From Halomonas sp. I1 (lineage in GTDB: Bacteria; Pseudomonadota; Gammaproteobacteria; Pseudomonadales; Halomonadaceae), in assembly GCF_032334135.1 (NCBI RefSeq), contig NZ_JAVXUS010000005.1, positions 158,618 to 190,617 of the forward strand: a DNA stretch of 32,000 nt, read 5' to 3'. The notes under the pieces were generated by a model. That model was not told where the DNA came from. It searched no databases and was given only the letters and a program-made list of their open reading frames with translations. Shown one piece after another: positions 17,257 through 25,550 of the stretch; position 1 is the stretch's first letter, and each line of letters begins with the position of its first letter. Made by a program: the position numbers and the translations under genes.

Positions 17257-19145
17257 TGGCGGCTATCATCGCCAAGTGTTGGAAATCCACGATGCTTTTT
17301 CTGGGTCTGGCCATGATGACATGGCCTGCTGTCGCGGCATCTGCTACTGGGCAGAACGTGTTGACGATCCTTTGTTATCACGATATTCGCGACCAGGTAG
17401 CCGATAGTGGCGATGCGGACCTCTATGCGGTCAACACCGAGCGTCTGGTCTCCTTCTTCGATTGGCTTCGGGAAAGCGAATTTAACGTCGTCAGCCTGGA
17501 CCAGGTGGTCGCGGCCTCCGAAGGGGAGAGAGCGTTACCAGAAAACCCGGTGCTGCTGACCTTCGATGATGGTCTGAAAAGCGTCTACACCAAGCTGTTC
17601 CCGCTACTTCAAGCTTATGACTATCCCGCCGTAGTGGCAGTGGTCACCAGTTGGGTGGAAAACTCGGACACTGAAGTGGAGTACGGGGCAGAGATATATA
17701 CCGAAGATGATTTCATGACGTGGGATCAGATTCGTGAAATAAGCGATTCTGACCTGGTGGAGATCGCCTCTCACTCCCACGACATGCATCGTGGTGTGCT
17801 AGCTAATCCCCAGGGTAATACCATGGCGGTGGCGGTAACCCGAGAATACTCGATGGGAGACGGGCAGTACGAGGATGATGATGTCTATCGGCAACGGGTA
17901 CGTGAGGATTTGGCGCGTAGTGCCGAGTTGATCGAGGCTCACACTGGCAAGGCGCCGCGTGCCGTGGTGTGGCCCTATGGCGAATACAATCGGATTACCA
18001 ACGAACTGGCTGAGGACGTCGGTATGCCAGTCACTTTCGGCCTGCAGGGAGCGTCGCAGCCATTTCATGAAGGCATGCCGTTGGCAGGATTGGAACGCTA
18101 CCTGATTTCCGATAATCCATCCCTTTCTGACCTAGCCGGCAAGATGAGGTTGCCGGTACCACCTACAAAGCGCATCGTCCAAGTCGATCTGGATTACGTC
18201 TATGATAAGGACCCGAAGCAGCAGCGGCGAAATGTCGATGCACTGATCAGTCGCATGTACCGGCTACAGCCGGATTATATCTTTCTGCAAGCCTTTGCCG
18301 ACCCAGATGGCAATGATGCCGCCGATGCGGTGTATTTCCCCAACCGTCATATGCCGATGCGTGCTAATCTGTTTAGCCGCGTGGCATGGCAGCTCTATAC
18401 ACGCGCCGATGTTGAGGTTTTTTCTTGGATGCCGGTGTTGGCATGGCAATTGCCGGATCCCCAACAACGTGAAGCGCTTTCATTACCAAGCCCCGAGCCG
18501 GGAGAAGTATTCAGGCTTGATCCGACCAATGTCGAGGCGAGGCGCATCATTGCTGAAATTTATGAAGATCTCACGGCGTCCAGCTGGGTATATGGCCTGC
18601 ATTTTCATGATGATGCCCAGCTGCGCGAGACGGAGCTACCTGCTCTCCACCCCGGTGACCCGCTGGCTCGGAGCCAATATCTGATCGATTTTACCCAGGA
18701 ACTGAAACATGCAGCGGGGCGCAACCGATCCAAGTTGAAGACGTCTCGCAACCTTTATCCCATGCCGGTACTGAAACCAGAGAGCCGTAACTGGTTTGCC
18801 CAGGATCTCGATCAGTTCTTGGCAGCCTATGATTATATCACGTTGATGGCCATGCCTTGGCTTGAAGGCAGCAATACCCCTAAACAGTGGCTCGAGTCGT
18901 TGGTCGATGCCGTACGCCATCATCCGGGGGCGATGGATAAAACGATCTTCCAGCTCCAGACCGTTGACTGGCGTACGAACAGCCGAACTCCCGGAGATGA
19001 GCTACCTGATTTGATGAGCTTCCTGGAGTCTCTGGGCGTACGTCACCTCGGTTACTATCCGGATGATTTTATCCTCGATAGGCCTCCGTTGCCTGAGGTT
19101 CGGCCAGTGATATCTCGCGACAATTTCCCTTACCTGAAGGAATAG
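17253..19145 (+). CDS. pgaB: PNAG N-deacetylase PgaB
   Basis: ATGA overlap with pgaA and GGGGAG as SD. Motifs include YHDI, VLLTFDDGLKSVYTKLFPLLQAYDYPAV, EIASHSHDMH, VVWPYGEYN, DLDYVYD, LQAFADPDGN and FSRVAWQL. These are collinear with E. coli PgaB. Confidence 0.93.
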   Translation: MMAAIIAKCWKSTMLFLGLAMMTWPAVAASATGQNVLTILCYHDIRDQVADSGDADLYAVNTERLVSFFDWLRESEFNVVSLDQVVAASEGERALPENPVLLTFDDGLKSVYTKLFPLLQAYDYPAVVAVVTSWVENSDTEVEYGAEIYTEDDFMTWDQIREISDSDLVEIASHSHDMHRGVLANPQGNTMAVAVTREYSMGDGQYEDDDVYRQRVREDLARSAELIEAHTGKAPRAVVWPYGEYNRITNELAEDVGMPVTFGLQGASQPFHEGMPLAGLERYLISDNPSLSDLAGKMRLPVPPTKRIVQVDLDYVYDKDPKQQRRNVDALISRMYRLQPDYIFLQAFADPDGNDAADAVYFPNRHMPMRANLFSRVAWQLYTRADVEVFSWMPVLAWQLPDPQQREALSLPSPEPGEVFRLDPTNVEARRIIAEIYEDLTASSWVYGLHFHDDAQLRETELPALHPGDPLARSQYLIDFTQELKHAAGRNRSKLKTSRNLYPMPVLKPESRNWFAQDLDQFLAAYDYITLMAMPWLEGSNTPKQWLESLVDAVRHHPGAMDKTIFQLQTVDWRTNSRTPGDELPDLMSFLESLGVRHLGYYPDDFILDRPPLPEVRPVISRDNFPYLKE

Positions 19146-19149
19146 ACCC

Positions 19150-20403
19150 ATGGTCGGTGACGTGATCGAGGCTATGCAAGCATTTGCCTTTCTCTATCCT
19201 GCGGTCATGGCGATTTTCTGGATGGGAGGAGGACTCTACTATTTTATGCGAAATGAGCGGAATGCTGGAAACGTGGATGCGCCTCCCTTGATCGAAAATG
19301 CGCCGCTGGTTTCCATTCTAGTGCCTTGCCACAATGAAGGGGATAACATTGACGAGGTGATCGAGACGTTGTTACTGCAGCACTATCCCGATTTCGAGAT
19401 TCTTCTGATCAATGATGGTAGTACCGACAATACCGCCGAATACCTGGACCGCTTGTCTGCACATCATGAACAAGTGCGGGCCATGCACCTGGATCGTAAT
19501 CTCGGAAAGGCGAATGCCCTGCGCATGGGAACCTTGGCAGCCCGCTCGGAATTTTTGGTCTGCATCGATGGTGATGCCTTGCTGCACCCCCATGCCGTGA
19601 CCTGGATGGTGGCACCGATGCTGGAGGACGCCCGGATCGGCGCCGTGACGGGAAATCCCCGTATCCGTAACCGTTCGACCCTGCTCGGCAAGCTTCAGGT
19701 CGGGGAATTCTCCTCGATCATCGGTATGATCAAGCGCACCCAGCATGCTTACGGCCGATTGTTCACCATCTCCGGTGTGATCTGTGCATTTCGCAAGCAG
19801 GCTTTGCACCAGATCGATTACTGGTCCACCGATATGCTGACCGAGGACATCGATGTCAGTTGGCGGCTGCAGATGGCCAAGTGGAGCCTCCGTTATGAGC
19901 CCCATGCGCTCTGTTACATCCTGATGCCCGAGACCCTTAAAGGGCTCTGGAAACAGCGCTTGCGCTGGGCAAGAGGGGGTTCTGAAGTGGTGTTGCGCTA
20001 CTCCCGTCGCATCGTGATGCCCGTCCAGTGGCGCATGTGGCCACTGTATTGGGAGTATCTGACGAGCTTGGTATGGGCCTATGTCATGGTTGGTCTCATG
20101 TTGCTGTGGGGTGTCGGCCTGTCCGGCGTCTTGCCCGAGAATTGGCCGTTGGCTAGCCCTTTTCCCCGTCTCTATGGTTTGTTGTTGGCACTCATCTGCC
20201 TCGGGCAGTTCTTCATCAGCATGCTCATCGACTCTCGATACGAACCCAAGGTAGGGCGCCATTACTACTGGTTGATCTGGTACCCACTCGCCTACTGGAT
20301 CATCAGCCTTTTCACGACGCTTGTTGCCTTCCCACTGACACTGTTTCGCCGGCGCGGCAAGCTTGCAACCTGGTCCAGCACCGATCGAGGATACAAACCA
20401 TGA
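19150..20403 (+). CDS. pgaC: PNAG synthase PgaC (GT2 family)
   Basis: Motifs include VSILVPCHNEGDNI, LINDGSTDNT, VCIDGDALL, GAVTGNPRIRNRSTLLGKLQVGEFSSIIG, TEDIDVSW and LWKQRLRWARGG (QxxRW). These are collinear with E. coli PgaC. Confidence 0.95.
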   Translation: MVGDVIEAMQAFAFLYPAVMAIFWMGGGLYYFMRNERNAGNVDAPPLIENAPLVSILVPCHNEGDNIDEVIETLLLQHYPDFEILLINDGSTDNTAEYLDRLSAHHEQVRAMHLDRNLGKANALRMGTLAARSEFLVCIDGDALLHPHAVTWMVAPMLEDARIGAVTGNPRIRNRSTLLGKLQVGEFSSIIGMIKRTQHAYGRLFTISGVICAFRKQALHQIDYWSTDMLTEDIDVSWRLQMAKWSLRYEPHALCYILMPETLKGLWKQRLRWARGGSEVVLRYSRRIVMPVQWRMWPLYWEYLTSLVWAYVMVGLMLLWGVGLSGVLPENWPLASPFPRLYGLLLALICLGQFFISMLIDSRYEPKVGRHYYWLIWYPLAYWIISLFTTLVAFPLTLFRRRGKLATWSSTDRGYKP

Positions 20404-20885
20404 ACGCTATCATTGCGTTACCACGACGCCAGAAGACCGCCATCATGATGGGATATAGCTTTTTCACACTCTGTGCCTGGTTGGGGTATGGTTACCTGCT
20501 GTTTCCCATGGTCGTGCTCATCATCGAGTGGCTCGAACTGCACGGATGGCACTCGTCATCGGCATTCCGGGTACCGCTCCAAGGAGGCGGTAGTCTGTCG
20601 ATTCTACTGCCGATGGCGGGCAGTGCCCTGGTCGCTTTCGTCTGCTGGGCGGAGTGTAGGCGGCTGCTATTGCGCTGTCGTAAACGGATGTACCAAGGCG
20701 AGCCTCTGTCACGGGAGTTACTTGCCAAGGCCATGAAGGCGTCGCCGGAGCTTGCCATGGCCATGATGCGGACCAAGAGGGGCATACTGCATATGGATCA
20801 ACATGGCATGCCGTTGAGATTGGCTCAAACGGTTTACCAGCGGGAAGCCACACCCGACGATCCGAGTGAGGTCCTGGTCTCCTGA
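20400..20885 (+). CDS. pgaD: PNAG synthase accessory subunit PgaD
   Basis: ATGA overlap with pgaC. The product has two N-terminal TM helices. The C-terminal tail (LSRELLAKAMKASPELAMAMMRTKRGILHMDQHG) parallels the E. coli PgaD tail ([30 protein letters not shown]). Confidence 0.8.
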   Translation: MNAIIALPRRQKTAIMMGYSFFTLCAWLGYGYLLFPMVVLIIEWLELHGWHSSSAFRVPLQGGGSLSILLPMAGSALVAFVCWAECRRLLLRCRKRMYQGEPLSRELLAKAMKASPELAMAMMRTKRGILHMDQHGMPLRLAQTVYQREATPDDPSEVLVS

Positions 20886-20914
20886 ACGATGTTCATGTCT
20901 TGGGAGGATGGAAG

Positions 20915-21088
20915 ATGGTTCGGGTGGCTGCTAGTCTACCACCTATCTTCGCAAGTGCTGTTTTGATGCTATCGGTTGCATTGTCGGCCGGTTGTTGTAT
21001 AGACCTCGAAATCAAGACGTCCAGCCAGCATCGGAATCGGCGGGAGTCATGGCGACGAATGAAGACGGTAGCGTATATATGTTCTTGA
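20915..21088 (+). CDS. Candidate 57-aa lipoprotein
   Basis: The ATG at 20915 lies 6 nt after GGGAGGA. The product is MVRVAASLPPIFASAVLMLSVALSAGC..., which carries lipobox LSAGC. No family was recognised. Confidence 0.35.
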   Translation: MVRVAASLPPIFASAVLMLSVALSAGCCIDLEIKTSSQHRNRRESWRRMKTVAYICS

Positions 21089-21098
21089 CCATGGAATC

Positions 21099-22070
21099 AT
21101 GACCATGCCCCTGAGATTGGTTCACCCCCAGGGGGGAGGGGCCGAAGTTGTCAACACCGAGTCTTCACTCGTGGAAATTTCCGAGATTGCGTTTGTCAGC
21201 GCAGGGACGGTATGCCGGGGGAGACTCTTTGCGCCACGCGGAGGGGAGGGGAGAGCCACTCTGGTAATGGCGCATGGCCTGGGCGGAACTCTGGGCGCCG
21301 GCTTGGTCGGCTTCGCCGAGCGCTTGTCGCAGGCTGGCATCAGAGTGGTCGCTTTCGACTACCGCTTCTTTGGTCAGTCCAACGGCAAGCCACGTCAATT
21401 GGTGTCCATTCAGGATCAGCTTACCGACTGGCAAGCGGCCTTGACCTTCGCCCAGCGTCTTGACCCGAAGGCTCCCCTGGTATTGTGGGGGACCTCCCTG
21501 TCGAGTGGCCATGTGCTGACACTGGCCTCCGAACTACGCAATATCGCGGCCGTGATCGCTCAGAATCCCATGGTAGACGGACGGGCGTCGATACTCGCCC
21601 AATGTCGAAGCGTGGGCCTTTCTCAGACGCTAAGCGTCGCGAAAGCCGGCCTGGAGGATCTGGCTCGGGGATGGTTCGGACGTGACCCGCTGGTTATCCC
21701 CATTGCCGGCGAACCGGGGCGTCTCGCGGCCCTGACTACCCCAGGGGCACTGTCAGAACTCCAGTCCATTGCCCCGGAGCACTTCGTCAACGCCATATCC
21801 CCCAGGGTATTACTCTCTCTCGGGTTCTATCGTCCGGTCCGACGCGTTTCTCGAATTCGCTGCCCGGTGCTCCTGCAGTTATGCTTGCATGACGCTGTCA
21901 CGCCAGTTGAAGCCGGTTATCGAGCTGCCGCCAGGATTGGAGCCCTCGCGACCGTCAAGACCTATGATGTCGGTCATTTAGATATCTATCGTGGTCCCGC
22001 CTTCCAGGACGTCGTCATGGATCAACTCAATTTCCTGGGAGCTCATCTTCCCGGTTCATGCGCACAGTAA
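21099..22070 (+). CDS. Alpha/beta-fold hydrolase
   Basis: VMAHGLGG (oxyanion region), FDYRFFGQSNG and nucleophile elbow LWGTSLSSGHV, with a C-terminal D...H (YDVGHLDIY). The substrate is unknown. Confidence 0.75.
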   Translation: MTMPLRLVHPQGGGAEVVNTESSLVEISEIAFVSAGTVCRGRLFAPRGGEGRATLVMAHGLGGTLGAGLVGFAERLSQAGIRVVAFDYRFFGQSNGKPRQLVSIQDQLTDWQAALTFAQRLDPKAPLVLWGTSLSSGHVLTLASELRNIAAVIAQNPMVDGRASILAQCRSVGLSQTLSVAKAGLEDLARGWFGRDPLVIPIAGEPGRLAALTTPGALSELQSIAPEHFVNAISPRVLLSLGFYRPVRRVSRIRCPVLLQLCLHDAVTPVEAGYRAAARIGALATVKTYDVGHLDIYRGPAFQDVVMDQLNFLGAHLPGSCAQ

Positions 22071-22096
22071 GATGCGGATGGATGGGCGCCACTGAC

Positions 22097-22128
22097 ATGT
22101 CTGGCCATATGGTTGGCCAGACATTTTT
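22097..22128 (+). terminator. Rho-independent terminator after the hydrolase gene
   Basis: Perfect 11-bp stem ATGTCTGGCCA (22097-22107) / TGGCCAGACAT (22114-22124) with loop TATGGT. The T run spans 22124-22128. Confidence 0.75.
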
Positions 22129-22166
22129 ACTTGCAGCGGATTCCTGACACCGAGTGGTAGAAGTGA
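22116..22166 (+). pseudogene. Diverged remnant of the 3' end of a yrhK-like gene
   Basis: GCCAGACATTTTTACTTGCAGCGGATTCCTGACACCGAGTGGTAGAAGTGA aligns without gaps to 14513-14563. My hand alignment gives about 40 of 51 identities. It translates ARHFYLQRIPDTEW*, against ASHIHLQRIPDSEWQK* in the intact gene. Confidence 0.6.
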
Positions 22167-22417
22167 ACTATTCTGACATTCAGGGGGGGGAGCGGAATGT
22201 CAAGAAGATTTTACGGAGTATGCTGTAGTCTGTAGCTGACATTTCGAGTGACTCTAGGGTGCGGTAAGCTAGTGTTGATCAGGCTTACAGTACCCTTGAG
22301 CCAAAAGGCGGGAGATAAATTGAAGTGAACCCCATGCATATTATCAGGGAAACGCTCGATAATGCGCCCGGCACTACGCAGTGCAGTGATCGACACGCAC
22401 GGGGCATGGCGTCGTGT

Positions 22418-23143
22418 ATGAGCAAGAAACTACTTTTGGGTACCACACTTGTGATGTCGTTGATGTTGAGTGGTTGCTCGGGGATGGGCGGCGGTGATGG
22501 TTTTCCCGATCCGAATGACGCCTACATGCAGGGCGGAACCCTCGAAACATCGCGTGCGATCCAGACGGTTCAGCCTAGCATGACCAAGGATCAGGTCCGG
22601 GACTTGCTGGGGAATCCCCATTTCTCCGAGGGGCTGATCAACGTCCGGACCTGGGACTACCTGTTCGATCTCAGTGACCACGGTCATCTGGGCAGCATGA
22701 TGTGCCAGTTTCAACTGACCTTCGATGGGGCGATGCGCGTCGAGGAGACGCGGTGGCGAACGGCCAAGTGTGCCACGCGCTATTCGACCATCCAGGCCGA
22801 GCCGATTGAGAGCGCTGGCATGGTGCAGCACTATCACCTTCCCGTTGCTGGTACGTTCGCGGAGGATGGGACCTTGACCAATGATGGACGGCAGGTGCTG
22901 GAAGAGTTTGTACGGGTTCTGCAGCGCGATTTCCTCGACCCCACGCTGGCCATCGGCAGCTATCCGGAACCGGGTCGGTATCGAGTACAACGTCAGGTCG
23001 TTCAACGTTTTCTGAAGGCTCGGGGCGGGGTGTCGGCCGACAAGGTGTCGCTCACCTCGGAGACCGTCTCACCATGTCGAGGCATCAACAGCGCCGATGC
23101 CTGTAGGGGGGGGCGGGTCGTTATCGGGATTCGTGAGCGTTGA
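22418..23143 (+). CDS. Lipoprotein with BamE(SmpA/OmlA)-like N-domain and degenerate OmpA-like C-domain
   Basis: Lipobox LMLSGC. MTKDQVRDLLGNPHFSEGLINVRTWDYLFDL...CQFQLTFDG is typical of BamE-like/OmpA-family lipoproteins. The C-terminus (VSADKVSL...PCRG...ACRGGRVVIGI) is OmpA-like, but the central motif looks eroded. An ATG at 22406 is an alternative start. Confidence 0.65.
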   Translation: MSKKLLLGTTLVMSLMLSGCSGMGGGDGFPDPNDAYMQGGTLETSRAIQTVQPSMTKDQVRDLLGNPHFSEGLINVRTWDYLFDLSDHGHLGSMMCQFQLTFDGAMRVEETRWRTAKCATRYSTIQAEPIESAGMVQHYHLPVAGTFAEDGTLTNDGRQVLEEFVRVLQRDFLDPTLAIGSYPEPGRYRVQRQVVQRFLKARGGVSADKVSLTSETVSPCRGINSADACRGGRVVIGIRER

Positions 23144-23165
23144 GGGAAGCAACGTTCGGCGACGG

Positions 23166-25550
23166 CTACGCGTTGGCTTCGTTCTCTGCGGCGTCTTCCT
23201 CATCACTCTCATCGGCAAGGTCCGGCTGTACCGGGAACATCAGCAGGAAGTGGGTACCGACGTTCTCGGTGCTCCGGCACTCGATGGTGCCGCCGTGCCG
23301 TTCCACCACTGATTTCACCAACGACAGACCCAAGCCATAGCCCGCTGACAGGCTGGCGCCGGAGCTGCGCTGATAGCTGTCGAAAATATGCGGTAGATCC
23401 TGTTCGGGAATACCGACCCCCTGATCCTGGAGCTCGAGTGTAATACCGTGTGTTGTCTCCCTGGCCGTGATCGATACGCAGGTATCGGGTGGGCTGTACT
23501 TGATGGCGTTATCCAGCAGATTGAACACCGCCCTCAACAGGTAGGCGCGATCGCCCTCTATCGGGCACTCGTCTTCGGCATCGCAGTCGATGGTGATGGA
23601 CCGCTGTTGTGCTGCCGGCCAGGCTTGATCGACGGCCTCCAGAATCACGTCGGAAAGCAGCACGAAGTCCTCATTCATGGCACCGAACTCGATCTTCGTC
23701 AGTTGCATGAAACTGTCCGTGAGCGTCAGAGCGTTGCGCGCCTGCTGCGCCACACGGTCGAGTAAATCGTCTTCGGACAACGGGGATGACGAGGAGCGCT
23801 GCAGATGAACCAGGGCCAGGATACTGGACTGCGGGGCTTTCAGGTCATGGGACAGGAAGCGCAGCAGGCTGGCACGCTGCTCTTCCGCCTGTCGTTCGCT
23901 GGTGACATCCACTAGTCCGATCAGCCAGCCAACCTCGAAGTCGTCGACAGCGGTAACCAGCTGAGACACCTTGAGATGGTAATGGCGCTCGTCACTGCCC
24001 TTGTAGAGGGAGTCGTCGAGCGCTCCGAGTCCATTGCTATCGTCTCCGCCGTCTTGCCCGGCGATGGCCCGCCCCTCCGGGATCATGACATCCAGCAGGT
24101 CTTGGATCGTACCTCTGTCGTCGATTCGGTAGCGCTGGAGCAGTTGCTTGGCCTGGGTGCTGGGCAGAATGATATGGCCTTGCATATCCACCACCAGGGT
24201 GGCGATGGGCAGTGAATTCATCGAGTCGGTAATGAATCGGCGCGTGTTCCGGATGCGAGTGATGGCACGCTCGAGGGCACGGAGACGCTGATGTAGAACG
24301 AGCCCCCACTCCTTCGTCTGCTCGGGAGCTGGTTCCGGAACGATGCTGGGTTCATCCTCGAGGCGTCCGATCTCCTGTTGGAACCAGCGCAACGCCGTGG
24401 TCTGGCTACGCCAACTGATGAGAATGCAGGCCGCGAGAACCGAACAAAGGCTGACCGTCGGGGGCCACCACCAGCCAGCGGCCAGCAATCCCCAGGTACA
24501 GAGCAGTACCATGACCAGGACGGCGAGTGTCAGCTTGGCCATGTACCGGAACTGGAATACCCAGACCAAAGCCATGAAGAGCAGCAAGGGGAGCGTGGAG
24601 AGCGCCGAAGATGCCCAGGCGGGAAGGTCCTGAATGATGTCGCCTTGTAGTAGCCCGCCCAGCAGGTTGGCCTGTATCTCGATGCCTGGCATACCCCCGT
24701 CGGCGCCACCGAAAGGGGTTGGATGGCGATCCCCCAGGCCCTTGGCCGTGGCGCCGATCATGACGATGCGACCCTCCAACAAGGAGCGGGGCAGTCGCCC
24801 TTCGAGGATATCGACGTAGGAGACGCGAGGATAGTGGTATGTTGGGCCTCGGTAAGGGATGCGGACGTCGATGTCGCGGTTGTCACCGGCCAGGAGGCGT
24901 CGAGTGGTATCGGAGGGTGTCGTGTGATTCCACGCTACCAGGTCCTCGTAGAGTCGCAGCGTCAGTTGGGGGGTGTGATTTTCCCGCAAATGAATACGGC
25001 GTACGACACCATCGAAGTCCGCCCTGATATCGATATGACCGATGCCGCCAGCCGCATTGCGGAGAGGGGCGATCGGTGGCAGGCGACTGGAATCCGCTGA
25101 GAGTCCATTGTTCTGCACATGGATCACGGGCAGGAAGGCATGACCATGACGCTCCAGAGCCCGGGCCAGGCGCTGGTCCTGGTGTGGCTGGCGTGCGGGT
25201 TCGGCAAACACCACATCGAATAGCACGGCGCTGGTGTCGGCATCGGCCAGGCGATCCAGCAGGCCCGCGTGTACGTCGCGCGGCCATGGCCACTGGCCTA
25301 ACGCTTCCAGACTGCGTTCATCGATGGCCGCGATCAGAATATCGTCACTTGGCGACAGTGTCTGAGTCGTCAGCAATCGGTCATAGATATAAGCATCGGT
25401 GAACCAGGAGCGTTGCCCTGCCCACCAAGAAAGCACCACCAATAGGATGCCGATCAATAGCCAAGTTTGGGTCAGACCACGAAAAAGACTATGGCTGGCG
25501 TGCGGCACCTTGCCTCCCGGAGGCCACGACGGTGGAGTCCACGGCATCAT
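23166..25550 (-). CDS. CHASE2-domain sensor histidine kinase
   Basis: An N-terminal TM segment is followed by CHASE2 (DDILIAAIDERSLEALGQWPWPRDVHAGLLDRLADA...VLFDVVFAEP) and three TM helices. A PAS-like block, the H-box LRFLSHDLKAPQSSI, the N-box LLDNAIKYSP, G-boxes DQGVGIP and GYGLGLSLV, and an acidic tail follow. An alternative GTG start at 25508 has GGGAGG 4 nt upstream. Confidence 0.88.
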   Translation of the reverse strand: MMPWTPPSWPPGGKVPHASHSLFRGLTQTWLLIGILLVVLSWWAGQRSWFTDAYIYDRLLTTQTLSPSDDILIAAIDERSLEALGQWPWPRDVHAGLLDRLADADTSAVLFDVVFAEPARQPHQDQRLARALERHGHAFLPVIHVQNNGLSADSSRLPPIAPLRNAAGGIGHIDIRADFDGVVRRIHLRENHTPQLTLRLYEDLVAWNHTTPSDTTRRLLAGDNRDIDVRIPYRGPTYHYPRVSYVDILEGRLPRSLLEGRIVMIGATAKGLGDRHPTPFGGADGGMPGIEIQANLLGGLLQGDIIQDLPAWASSALSTLPLLLFMALVWVFQFRYMAKLTLAVLVMVLLCTWGLLAAGWWWPPTVSLCSVLAACILISWRSQTTALRWFQQEIGRLEDEPSIVPEPAPEQTKEWGLVLHQRLRALERAITRIRNTRRFITDSMNSLPIATLVVDMQGHIILPSTQAKQLLQRYRIDDRGTIQDLLDVMIPEGRAIAGQDGGDDSNGLGALDDSLYKGSDERHYHLKVSQLVTAVDDFEVGWLIGLVDVTSERQAEEQRASLLRFLSHDLKAPQSSILALVHLQRSSSSPLSEDDLLDRVAQQARNALTLTDSFMQLTKIEFGAMNEDFVLLSDVILEAVDQAWPAAQQRSITIDCDAEDECPIEGDRAYLLRAVFNLLDNAIKYSPPDTCVSITARETTHGITLELQDQGVGIPEQDLPHIFDSYQRSSGASLSAGYGLGLSLVKSVVERHGGTIECRSTENVGTHFLLMFPVQPDLADESDEEDAAENEANA

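Larger units (their letters stand above)
14564..22166. mobile_element. Candidate horizontally acquired PNAG island (no mobility gene seen)
   Basis: The block is bounded by the yrhK-like 3' end (14511-14563) and a diverged copy of the same ~50 bp (22116-22166). It starts with an AT-rich C-poor leader. The pgaB lines I counted are 55-57% G+C, versus 60-63% in the core lines I counted. Confidence 0.35.
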
